DNA of 46,650 nt from Arcobacter sp. 31_11_sub10_T18 (GCA_002163065.1 MAAG01000100.1:1-46650); one strand, 5' to 3'. Counted from the stretch's first letter, positions 1 to 8,883 are shown. Numbers and translations: made by a program. The notes: generated by a model from the letters alone, not told the origin.

Positions 1-2
1 AT

Positions 3-1535
3 TTAAAGCTAAGTGAATTAAGTCACAAATTCTCTCAAAACTTACTTGATAGTACCAATGCTTTTGAAATGATTATTGATGATTTTGAGGATGTTAGAGA
101 AATTCCACAAAGTGATTTAGAACTGGCTAAATTTGATCACGATGGTAAGACCAAATATAAGTTTACTTTACAAATGCCTTCATATATATCATATATTACT
201 TATGGAAGCTCCAGAGAACGAAGAGAGGAAATATATAAGGCTTATTGTACCAGAGCACCACAAAATGCTGAAATCATCAATGAAATCTTAAAATTAAAAT
301 TTGAGCGATCAAATATTTTAGGTTTTGATAATTATGCCCAGTATTCAATCTCAACAAAAATGGCTAAAAACGAAGATGATGTTGTTTCATTTCTAGAAGA
401 ATTAGCACTAAAAGGTAAAGATGGTGCAAGAAAAGAATTAGAAGAAGTAAAAAAACTTGCCCTAGAAATGGATAAGTTAAATGATTGTCAAAATTATGAT
501 TTGGCTTACTATAGTGAGAAACTTAAAAAAGAAAAATATGAAATCGACGCAGAATTTTATCGTCCATATTTTGAACAGAACTCTGTTTTAAATGGTTTTT
601 TCGACTTTTTATATAAGATTTTTAATATAAAATTTGTTCAAAAAGAGGTTTCAGCTTGGGATGATAAAGTAAAAGTGTATGATATTTTAGAAAACGATCA
701 AACTATTTCACGAATTTATATTGATTTAGAAAGTAGAAAAGATAAACGTGGTGGTGCATGGATGAATAACTGGCATACTCACTATATAAATGTAGATGGT
801 AAAGAGCTTTTACCAACAGCTTATATTGTATGTAATTTTCCGCCATCAACATCTACAAACCCTTCTTTACTAAGACATGATGATGTTGTTACTCTTTTCC
901 ATGAAATGGGTCATGCTTTACATCATTTATTAAGTAAAGTTAGTGAACCCTTTGTAAGTGGTATAAGTGGAGTTGCTTGGGACGTTGTGGAGTTTCCCTC
1001 ACAGTTTTTAGAATATTTTGCTTACGATAAGGAAGTATTAAAGCTGTTTGCTAAACACCATAAAACTGGTGAAGTTTTAAGTGATACTGCAATTGACAGA
1101 CTAATAAAGGCTAAAAACTTCCAGTCTTCTTTAGCTTTAGTAAGACAAGTGGAGTTTGCACTATTTGACTTTAAACTCTATCAAAAATTATATGAAACAC
1201 AAGATGATGTTCAAAAACTAATTGATGAAGTACGTGATCAAGTGAGCGTTATTAAACCACCAAAATACAATAAGTTTCAAAATGGATTTGCCCATATTTT
1301 CTCTGGAGGATATAGTGCTGGTTATTATAGTTATAAATGGGCAGAAGTGTTAAGTGCCGATGCCTTTTATTTATTTTTAGATACCAATGTCTTCAATAAA
1401 GACTTGGCTCTTAAGTATAAAAACTTAATCTTAGGGAAGGGTGGTTCTGTGGATATGGATAAGTTGTTTTATGAGCTAACAAATAGAAATCCAAGTGTTG
1501 ATTCTTTACTTAAAATTGATGGAATCATCAGCTAA
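3..1535 (+). CDS. prlC: Oligopeptidase A / M3-family zinc metallopeptidase (5' end lies outside the window)
   Basis: ORF-track ORF 69..1535. The same frame stays open back to nt 3 (LKLSELSHKFSQNLLDSTNAFE), so the gene begins upstream. It has the HEMGH zinc motif (TLFHEMGHALHH) and an M3-type C-terminal region (FSGGYSAGYYSYKWAEVLSADAF). Confidence 0.85.
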   Translation, partial: LKLSELSHKFSQNLLDSTNAFEMIIDDFEDVREIPQSDLELAKFDHDGKTKYKFTLQMPSYISYITYGSSRERREEIYKAYCTRAPQNAEIINEILKLKFERSNILGFDNYAQYSISTKMAKNEDDVVSFLEELALKGKDGARKELEEVKKLALEMDKLNDCQNYDLAYYSEKLKKEKYEIDAEFYRPYFEQNSVLNGFFDFLYKIFNIKFVQKEVSAWDDKVKVYDILENDQTISRIYIDLESRKDKRGGAWMNNWHTHYINVDGKELLPTAYIVCNFPPSTSTNPSLLRHDDVVTLFHEMGHALHHLLSKVSEPFVSGISGVAWDVVEFPSQFLEYFAYDKEVLKLFAKHHKTGEVLSDTAIDRLIKAKNFQSSLALVRQVEFALFDFKLYQKLYETQDDVQKLIDEVRDQVSVIKPPKYNKFQNGFAHIFSGGYSAGYYSYKWAEVLSADAFYLFLDTNVFNKDLALKYKNLILGKGGSVDMDKLFYELTNRNPSVDSLLKIDGIIS

Positions 1536-1580
1536 ATTTGGTATAATACGGATTAATTTTAATATAATCAAGGAATTTTT

Positions 1581-2078
1581 ATGAGTAGTGCAACTGAAAC
1601 GATCAATAAACTAAGTGAAGCTTTAAATACATTAATAACAGCATATGAAGAGTTACAGGGAGAAAATAACAAACTTGAAGTTGTTATTACTCAATTAAAA
1701 GCAGAAAAAGCTAATGTTCAAGAAGAAAAAAATAAACTAGAAGAAGAAAAAGCTAAAGTTGAACAAGAAAAAAATAGCCTTCAGGATAACCTTACTACTT
1801 TAAGTGATAATTCAGAAGAACAAAATAACAGCATGTATAACATGTTGGATAAAATTGAATTATTGCTTTCAAATGAAGTTGCAGTTCCTACTTATGATGA
1901 AAAAAGTCATGCATCCAATGAAATTATAGAACAAGAACCCATCTTGGAATCCCAAACTAACGTTGAAGAAGAAGTCACTTCTTTACTTACCGAGGATAAA
2001 AAAGAACCAGAAAACAATTCTGACAATAAAATTGATTTAAACAGAATGGCGTCATTGTTGAATGGTTTCAACAAATAA
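1581..2078 (+). CDS. Hypothetical protein with an N-terminal coiled coil and an acidic tail
   Basis: 165-aa ORF. Residues ~10-75 are heptad-like and rich in E/K/L/N/Q (NKLEVVITQLKAEKANVQEEKNKLEEEKAKVEQEKNSLQDNL). The C-terminal half is acidic and low-complexity. An AGGA-type RBS (caaggaattttt) precedes the ATG. I recognised no catalytic motif. Confidence 0.6.
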   Translation: MSSATETINKLSEALNTLITAYEELQGENNKLEVVITQLKAEKANVQEEKNKLEEEKAKVEQEKNSLQDNLTTLSDNSEEQNNSMYNMLDKIELLLSNEVAVPTYDEKSHASNEIIEQEPILESQTNVEEEVTSLLTEDKKEPENNSDNKIDLNRMASLLNGFNK

Positions 2079-2084
2079 GCATTA

Positions 2085-2378
2085 ATGATAACACTTCTAA
2101 ATAAAGAAACCTTATATAATACTTTTGGAGTTAAAGACTTTAACTCCTTAGGTGATGCCATTAATAACATGGCACCATCAATGGTTGAGTATTACTTGTC
2201 TGATTTGTGTGATTATTCAAGTATAAATGATGCAGGTAACGGGTTTTACTTAAATAGAAGAAATATCGAAAACAGTATAAATATTAGTGATTATAACATT
2301 TATATAGATTATAATGAAGACATTTTTCTAGAAATTGAAATATCTGAAGATGATTATGAAACTGGATCTCTCTGGTAA
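2085..2378 (+). CDS. Hypothetical small acidic protein
   Basis: 97-aa ORF starting 7 nt after the previous stop, so it is probably co-transcribed. It is rich in D/E/N/Y. No family recognised. Confidence 0.45.
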   Translation: MITLLNKETLYNTFGVKDFNSLGDAINNMAPSMVEYYLSDLCDYSSINDAGNGFYLNRRNIENSINISDYNIYIDYNEDIFLEIEISEDDYETGSLW

Positions 2379-2417
2379 TGTATACTAATAATAGATGTAT
2401 AACCAATATACAATAGA

Positions 2418-3470
2418 TCAAAAGATATCAGTTGTTTTTTTCAATCTATCCTTATCAAAATGAGTATAAATACGAGAAGTATTAATATCCGCATGTCCTA
2501 ATGATTCTTGTACTAAAATAAGATCTTTATTCTTCTGATAAAGTAGGGTTGCAAAAGTATGCCTTAACATATGTGCTCCATTTTTTTCTTTTCTGATATT
2601 AACACTTAATAGTATTTGCTCAACCAACCTACTTATGTAAGCCTGTGTTAACACATTCCCTTTTTGATTGTATACTAATAATTTATCATTAAATGCTCTA
2701 GTTTCTAGCCAATTAAAAAGATTTTCTTCGATTATATGCTCTTTAATCATGACAATACGGGGTTTATTTCCCTTACCTCGTACTTGAATAATGTAAGAAT
2801 CCTCGTCTCTGACAAAATCTTTCATTGTAATATTTAATGCTTCACTAACTCTAATACCAGTGTATAGAATAATTTTTATAATCAATCTGTTTCTATGGGC
2901 AATTTTTTGACTAAATGGATAATCATCAATTGCTTCTATAAATTTAAGAACCTCTTCTTTATGCATATAAGAGGGCAGTTTCTGACCTCCTTTTCCTCCT
3001 AATCCACCCCAGTTTTTAAGTTCAATTCCATATCTATAAGCATTTCCATTATTTTCTTCGTTTTGCTTATCTATATAAGAAAAAAAGGTGGTTAAAGCTA
3101 TACGATAATTCTTTTTTGTAGCATCTGAAAGATTACTTGTTTCTGAAGCCAGAAAATCACTGAGTAATTCTTCATCTATTTCTTTCATAGATGCAGCACC
3201 ATATGAGTCTAAAAACATAAACAGTTTCTCAAGAGGAACGTAATAGACATGAATACTGTTAATTCCTATATTTCGTACTTCTTTTATGAGTAATTTTAAT
3301 TCTGTAATGTTGTCAAAACCAAGTACAAGTTGTTTGATGATTTCTGCTAGTCTTTCTTTGCTACTAACTTGTCTATTGGAAAGGCTTGTAATTTTGTTAC
3401 GTATAAATCTTGTTAACCAAAATATAAAGGTTTTGTTAAAGGTGTTTTCACAATCTATTGGATATCTCAT
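2418..3470 (-). CDS. xerH: Tyrosine site-specific recombinase, XerH-type
   Basis: Tyrosine-recombinase catalytic signature: LYTGIRVSEAL (Arg I), GAHMLRHTFAT (H-x-x-R) and LGHADINTSRIYTH (His/Tyr). The size fits single-recombinase Xer proteins of Campylobacterota. I set the start at the internal Met (MRYPIDCE, nt 3470) because the longer ORF (to 3518) would read through the dif-like palindrome. Confidence 0.85.
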   Translation of the reverse strand: MRYPIDCENTFNKTFIFWLTRFIRNKITSLSNRQVSSKERLAEIIKQLVLGFDNITELKLLIKEVRNIGINSIHVYYVPLEKLFMFLDSYGAASMKEIDEELLSDFLASETSNLSDATKKNYRIALTTFFSYIDKQNEENNGNAYRYGIELKNWGGLGGKGGQKLPSYMHKEEVLKFIEAIDDYPFSQKIAHRNRLIIKIILYTGIRVSEALNITMKDFVRDEDSYIIQVRGKGNKPRIVMIKEHIIEENLFNWLETRAFNDKLLVYNQKGNVLTQAYISRLVEQILLSVNIRKEKNGAHMLRHTFATLLYQKNKDLILVQESLGHADINTSRIYTHFDKDRLKKTTDIF

Positions 3471-3490
3471 TGTATTTACTTTGTAATAGT

Positions 3491-3524
3491 ATTTTGTATT
3501 GGAAACTATAATTTCCAAACTAAT
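3491..3524. other. dif-like Xer recombination site (difH-type)
   Basis: ATTTTGTATTGGAAA-CTATAA-TTTCCAAACTAAT. The inverted arms TTGGAAA (3499-3505) and TTTCCAA (3512-3518) flank a 6-bp central region. The site lies directly upstream of xerH. From memory, the right arm resembles the Helicobacter difH right arm (TTTTCAAACT). Confidence 0.6.
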
Positions 3525-3658
3525 TTATATTCTAACCAAATAGTCTTTGTTATTGGTTAAAGTCTTCTTTGTAAGTTAACAAAAGTATAAATGAAAAGCA
3601 AATGACAACAAAATAAGTAATGGTAGAAATAGGCAGAGTTAGAGAAAGAATAAGTGAT

Positions 3659-4744
3659 TTACTTTCTTTTACCTTTTGAAAAATTAGTCATGTATTCAGC
3701 AATATCATTTAAATGAATAATATCTTTAACACCACCTGCATCAATAGCTTTTGCAGGCATTCCAAAAACAACACAACTTTCTTCATTTTGAGCAACAGTA
3801 TAAGCGCCATTGTCAAATAATTCTTTCATCCCAATAGAACCATCATCACCCATACCTGTCATCATAATTGCCATAGCACTAGCACCAACATTATTATTAA
3901 CACTTCTAAACATGACATCGACGCTTGGTTTGTGGCGACTAACTTTTACTGTATCCAATAATTTGGTAATATAAGAACCATCTCTTTGTTTTTCAATGGT
4001 TAAGTGCATATTTCCAGGAGATAAATATGCATGGGACTTTTCTAGGGTCATTCCATCTTTTGCTTCACAGACGTTAACTTTTGAATTGTCATTTAATCTA
4101 TGTGCAAAAGAGTTTGAAAACCCGTATGGAATATGTTGAGTAATAATTATGGGCGGCAAATTATCAGGAAGTCTTTTAAAAACATTTAGCAATGACTCTA
4201 CCCCACCCGTTGATGAACCAATAGCAATAACTTTTTTCCCAGGCATAAAAGCCGGGCTACTTGGAAGTACAACATCAGGATGATTTCTAAGTTCAACCTC
4301 ATGGGATAAAGCGGCTGATTTTTTGGGTTTTATTAATGCTTTGGGTTTTTTAAGGGTATATCTTTTTAATAAAAAGGTCAAATTTAACATGGTATCTTTG
4401 ATTCTAGCCTGAAAAGAAGACATGGGTTCATTATTTTCAGGTTTTGGTATGAACCCTACTGCCCCATCATCAAAAATATCATTTCCTCTGACACCCTCAC
4501 CTGAAACAACAACTGCAGGCATTGGATGTAATCGCATAAGATTTCTTAAAAAAGTAACACCGTCCATTTTTGGCATATTTATATCAATAGTGACAATATC
4601 AGGCTCATATTGTTTTATTTTTTCTCTGGCATCAAAGGCATCAACAGCTTCAGCAATAACTTCAAATTCGTCAATACTACTAATCATATCTTTTAATATT
4701 CTTCTCATTGAAAGTGAATCGTCAATTACTAATACTGTATACAT
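3659..4744 (-). CDS. cheB: Chemotaxis response regulator protein-glutamate methylesterase
   Basis: N-terminal receiver domain (VLVIDDS, DINMPKMDG, IPKP) plus a C-terminal methylesterase domain (GSSTGG, TGMGDDG). Confidence 0.9.
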   Translation of the reverse strand: MYTVLVIDDSLSMRRILKDMISSIDEFEVIAEAVDAFDAREKIKQYEPDIVTIDINMPKMDGVTFLRNLMRLHPMPAVVVSGEGVRGNDIFDDGAVGFIPKPENNEPMSSFQARIKDTMLNLTFLLKRYTLKKPKALIKPKKSAALSHEVELRNHPDVVLPSSPAFMPGKKVIAIGSSTGGVESLLNVFKRLPDNLPPIIITQHIPYGFSNSFAHRLNDNSKVNVCEAKDGMTLEKSHAYLSPGNMHLTIEKQRDGSYITKLLDTVKVSRHKPSVDVMFRSVNNNVGASAMAIMMTGMGDDGSIGMKELFDNGAYTVAQNEESCVVFGMPAKAIDAGGVKDIIHLNDIAEYMTNFSKGKRK

Positions 4745-4759
4745 ATAATTAAATAACCT

Positions 4760-5437
4760 TTAAAATAAATCAATTTCCATTTGTTCTTCTGGTTGATCAT
4801 CTGCACCAAATAGATCAACACCACCTGCATATTCTTTGATAACTGGTTCTTTTGTAATTTCTTTTTGAAGTGCTTTTTCTTCACCAAGAATTTTAGAATC
4901 AGTTTCACTTTTTTGAGTTACTTTAATAAAGGTGTCAAATTCATTAGTTAACAATATGAGTCGACCATGCTCCCCTCTGGTATGTTCAGATAAAAGTTTA
5001 AAACCTTCCATTTTACAAAAATCTTTTGCAAATTCAACATTTCTATGTCCTATACTATTTGCCATAGAGATATTTAAAGACATAATATCAGCGCCACCAG
5101 AAATTTTTGCAACCATAGTATTTTTATTACATCCCAATTTATACATTTCATTTAACATAGCTTCCACAGAATATAGACCATATTTCATATCTTCATTTGA
5201 ATTTTGAGTTGTGGGTAATAAAAAGTGGTTCATACCTTTAATTTTTGTTTTTGTATCATAAAACATTATGGCGACACAAGATCCAAGAAGTGTTTTAAAT
5301 GCGATTTGTTCTTCATCACGACCCACTGCAAATTCACCACCAATAATTGTATGAGCATTATAGCCTTTAATTTTTTGGTTAAATCTTGCATTGGATGCTT
5401 TTTCTATTCTTCCGTCTTTGTGTCCTATAATAATCAA
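4760..5437 (-). CDS. cheD: Chemoreceptor glutamine deamidase CheD with a ~52-aa C-terminal extension
   Basis: CheD core motif (TLLGSCVAIMFYD, KISGGADIM, GHRNVEF). It overlaps the cheR stop by 4 nt. There is extra acidic tail after about residue 173. Confidence 0.85.
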   Translation of the reverse strand: MIIIGHKDGRIEKASNARFNQKIKGYNAHTIIGGEFAVGRDEEQIAFKTLLGSCVAIMFYDTKTKIKGMNHFLLPTTQNSNEDMKYGLYSVEAMLNEMYKLGCNKNTMVAKISGGADIMSLNISMANSIGHRNVEFAKDFCKMEGFKLLSEHTRGEHGRLILLTNEFDTFIKVTQKSETDSKILGEEKALQKEITKEPVIKEYAGGVDLFGADDQPEEQMEIDLF

Positions 5438-6279
5438 TTAAAATCCTTAACTTTTACAAAAATATTTTGCCCCACCCTTTGCACATAATTAATCAATTCA
5501 TGAGGGTTTTCGGAGTGACCTATATATAAAGTACCACCAATTTTTAAATGTTTAAAAAGTTTTTTTAATATAATATTCTGATCTTTGGCAGAAAAGTAGA
5601 TTAAGACGTTTCTACAAAATACTACATCAAACTGATGATTTTGAAATGGATAAGCTGAATCACTTAGATTCATTACTTGAAAAGTTACCATTCTTTTTAA
5701 ATCATCTTTAACTTTTATCAAAATTTCTTCTGAAGCAATACCTTTCTTAACTCTTTTTTTAAAGTATTTCTGAGGACTAATCCAATCTGGAAATTCTTTT
5801 GAACTTTTAGAAAACCTATATATTCCATCAGCAGCATATTGAAGTACTTTTGTATCAATATCAGTAGCAATTATTGAGGATTTTATCCTACTATTATATA
5901 AAGCATTGGCTTCTAAAATAGTCATAGCCATTGAATATGGTTCCTCACCAGTTGATGAAGCGGAACAATACATTTTTATATCTTGTCCTGATTTGGTAAA
6001 ATCTGGTAAAACTCTATCTCTGAGATCTTCAAAATGAAAATCTTCTCTAAAAAAATGAGTTTTATTGGTTGTGAACGAATTAATAAATTCTGTAACAAAA
6101 TTCTCTTCATTTTGAATAGACTTTAATAAGTCGTCAATATCACCTTTGAATTTTGTGTCTCGTCGTAGTTTATGAAGTCTATTAGCGATCATGATATCTT
6201 TATTCTCTGAAAGTGTAATTCCTGTCAGAGAATAAAGAATATCTTTTACTTTTTTGTGTAACTTTTCAGTGTCTTCCAT
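5434..6279 (-). CDS. cheR: Chemotaxis protein methyltransferase
   Basis: CheR N-terminal helical domain plus a SAM-methyltransferase fold (CSASSTGEEPYSMAM, DVVFCRNVLIYF). Confidence 0.9.
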   Translation of the reverse strand: MEDTEKLHKKVKDILYSLTGITLSENKDIMIANRLHKLRRDTKFKGDIDDLLKSIQNEENFVTEFINSFTTNKTHFFREDFHFEDLRDRVLPDFTKSGQDIKMYCSASSTGEEPYSMAMTILEANALYNSRIKSSIIATDIDTKVLQYAADGIYRFSKSSKEFPDWISPQKYFKKRVKKGIASEEILIKVKDDLKRMVTFQVMNLSDSAYPFQNHQFDVVFCRNVLIYFSAKDQNIILKKLFKHLKIGGTLYIGHSENPHELINYVQRVGQNIFVKVKDFN

Positions 6280-6280
6280 A

Positions 6281-8398
6281 TTAAGATGCGTTTTTAGACT
6301 CTAGCATATTCCTATCAATTTTCTTTTGTGCTTCAATAATACCTAAGATATCAAGAATAAGTCCAATACTTCCATCACCTCTTACAGTTGCAGCACCAAC
6401 ACCTTCAACACTTCTGAAGTTTTTATCCAAAGGTTTTACAACTACTTGATGTTGATGTAAAAACTCATCAATAAATATAGCAATCTTAGAATTACCAGAT
6501 TTTACAACGATTAACATTCCTTTTTCAAGTTCCATATGTTTAGGTTCTACTCCAAACAATTGATGTATTCTCACAACTGGAATAAATTCTTCTCTTAACA
6601 TTAATAAATCTTGAGTACCATCTCCGATTTTTTTAATCATTTCATGTGTTGGCTGAAGAGATTCTACAATTGCACTTAATGGTAAAATATATTTTTGTTC
6701 ACCAACTGCAATATCCAATCCATCAAGGATTGCAAGAGTCAAGGGAAGCATAATCGTAATTGTAGTTCCTATTCCTAATCCAGTATCAAGTTTAATAGCT
6801 CCACCGAGTTTATGAATATTTGTTTTTACAACATCCATCCCTACTCCACGACCAGAAATATCAGTAACGGCGTCTGCTGTACTAACACCAGCACCAAATA
6901 TTAACATTGCTTTGTCATTATCTGTCATTTGTGCCGCTTGGTTTTCATCAATACTACCATTATTAATACACTTAGCAACTACCTTATCAGTATCAATCCC
7001 CGCACCATCATCTTTGATAGTAATAATCATCTGACCATTGGCTTGTTCAGCTGACATAGTAATAGAACCAGTTTCATCTTTTCCAGTCCTAACTCTATCT
7101 TCTGGAGTTTCCAAACCATGATCAAGTGAGTTTCTGACAATATGCATTAAAGGATCAGTTAATCCTTCAATCATTGCTTTATCAATTTCAACATTATCAC
7201 CATAATGTTTAAAGTCTATTTTTTTACCAAGTTTTTTAGAAATATCTCGAACAACTTTTGGAAATTTTGAGTAAATTGATTCCATTGGTACCATTCTGAT
7301 ACTCATGATTGAATCTTGCATATCTCTAATATGACGTTCTAGTAATTCAAGACGCTCAAGAACAGAGCTTCTAACTTTATTATCTTCAATAGTTGTTGTA
7401 AATTGAGTCAACATAGCGTTGGTAATAACTAAATCTCCAACATTATTCATCAGTAAATCAATTTTATCAAGATTTACTCTAATATTATTGGTTGCAGCAG
7501 ATTTTTTGGATGTTGCTTTTTCTTCTTTTGGTTTTCGAACTGATTTTTTAACAGGAGCTACAGGAGTAGTAACTTGAACAGGAGCTTCTTCTTTAACTTC
7601 TTGCACAACTGGCTGATTGGCTACTTCAGAAGTTATAGGTTGATCAGACGTTGATTCTGGTGTGATATCAGGCATATCATCAAAGAAACCAAAATCATCA
7701 TTTTCTTCATAGTCTCTGATTGGTAAATCAGGAGCAACTTTAGCAGCTTCTTGGAGTTGATCATCAAAAAATCCAAATGCTTCGCTATCATCGTTTTCCA
7801 TTATATTTTGATCATCGGCAAAAAAGCCATAAGAGTTACTGTTCTTTTTTTGCTCTAAATCATCATCGTAAAATCCAAAGGAATTTGAATCTTTGTCAGA
7901 AGATATTTGATTAAAATTGTCAAATGCTTTTTTCTCTGTAGATACAAGCGTTTCAACAGGTGTAACTTCTTCTTTTTTAGTTGAAGTTACAGCTTCCCCA
8001 TTAATGTAAGCTCTCAAATCAACAAGTAACTCTGAAGTCATCTCTGTGAAAGTATCACGTGTTAATTCTTCAGATACTTCAAGTTCCAATAGTTCTTTCA
8101 TAACATCCAAACCATCAATAAGAGTTTCTACCATTTCTGGAATAAACTCAATATCATGATTTCTTAATTTATCCATAAGATTTTCAACATCATGGGTGAA
8201 TTCTGCAAATAATGCAAGCTCAACAGATGCACCACTTCCTTTTAAAGTATGTACATCTCTAAAAAGTTGTCCCATCTGTTCATCAGATAAAGTCTCAGTA
8301 TTTTCTGCTTCTAATAGAAGATTATCTGCTGATTCAAATAATTCTTCAGCTTCTTCTACAAACATTTCTCTATATTTAGATATATCAAAACCTGCCAT
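6281..8398 (-). CDS. cheA: Chemotaxis histidine kinase CheA (P1-linker-P3-P4-P5, no recognisable P2)
   Basis: Hpt domain with phospho-His (DVHTLKGSG). Kinase N-box (HIVRNSLDHG), G1 (DDGAGID) and G2 (GRGVGMDVV). C-terminal CheW-like domain. Confidence 0.92.
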   Translation of the reverse strand: MAGFDISKYREMFVEEAEELFESADNLLLEAENTETLSDEQMGQLFRDVHTLKGSGASVELALFAEFTHDVENLMDKLRNHDIEFIPEMVETLIDGLDVMKELLELEVSEELTRDTFTEMTSELLVDLRAYINGEAVTSTKKEEVTPVETLVSTEKKAFDNFNQISSDKDSNSFGFYDDDLEQKKNSNSYGFFADDQNIMENDDSEAFGFFDDQLQEAAKVAPDLPIRDYEENDDFGFFDDMPDITPESTSDQPITSEVANQPVVQEVKEEAPVQVTTPVAPVKKSVRKPKEEKATSKKSAATNNIRVNLDKIDLLMNNVGDLVITNAMLTQFTTTIEDNKVRSSVLERLELLERHIRDMQDSIMSIRMVPMESIYSKFPKVVRDISKKLGKKIDFKHYGDNVEIDKAMIEGLTDPLMHIVRNSLDHGLETPEDRVRTGKDETGSITMSAEQANGQMIITIKDDGAGIDTDKVVAKCINNGSIDENQAAQMTDNDKAMLIFGAGVSTADAVTDISGRGVGMDVVKTNIHKLGGAIKLDTGLGIGTTITIMLPLTLAILDGLDIAVGEQKYILPLSAIVESLQPTHEMIKKIGDGTQDLLMLREEFIPVVRIHQLFGVEPKHMELEKGMLIVVKSGNSKIAIFIDEFLHQHQVVVKPLDKNFRSVEGVGAATVRGDGSIGLILDILGIIEAQKKIDRNMLESKNAS

Positions 8399-8427
8399 GA
8401 CTACACCTTTATGTTAAAAATTATTAA

Positions 8428-8796
8428 TTATCTACTTAGTACTATATTTACAGCTTTTAGTAATTGGTCTGGAACAAATGGTTTAACAATCCAACCAGTA
8501 GCTCCTGCTGCTTTCCCTTTTGCTTTCATCTCATCACTTCTTTCAGTTGTTAGAACTAAAATTGGTCGAGCAGTGTAAGCTGGAACTTTTCTCAACTCAC
8601 CAATTAAGGTGAGACCATCCATATTTGGCATATTGACATCTGTAATTATTAAATCAAATGTAGTGTTTTTTGCTTTTTCAAGACCATCTACACCATCTAC
8701 AGCTTCAACAACGTCATTATAACCGCCCTCATTAAGAGCATAATTTAACATATCTCTCAACATTGTTGAATCGTCTACAATCAATAGCTTCGCCAT
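8428..8796 (-). CDS. cheY: Single-domain chemotaxis response regulator
   Basis: 122-aa receiver domain (LIVDDS, TDVNMPNMDG, VKPF). First gene of the che cluster, preceded by an AAGGGG RBS. Confidence 0.85.
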   Translation of the reverse strand: MAKLLIVDDSTMLRDMLNYALNEGGYNDVVEAVDGVDGLEKAKNTTFDLIITDVNMPNMDGLTLIGELRKVPAYTARPILVLTTERSDEMKAKGKAAGATGWIVKPFVPDQLLKAVNIVLSR

Positions 8797-8883
8797 AAAA
8801 ACCCCTTGTAATTATTATTATTTTTTAATTATTTATTTAGTTACCTCTATATTAACGAAAGAAGCATTAAACTATTATAAAAA

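Noticed and set aside
3471-3518. The 16-codon N-terminal extension of the xerH ORF given in the ORF track (MEIIVSNTKYYYKVNT).
   Set aside because: These codons coincide with the dif-like palindrome, and the ATG at 3518 lies in its right arm. The internal Met at 3470 gives a protein of normal length. I treat the extension as an artefact of the open frame.
2418-3524. The tyrosine recombinase as part of an integrated mobile element or prophage.
   Set aside because: There are no flanking direct repeats, no tRNA target, and no excisionase, phage or conjugation genes. The neighbours are housekeeping genes, and the adjacent palindrome looks like a dif site rather than an att site.
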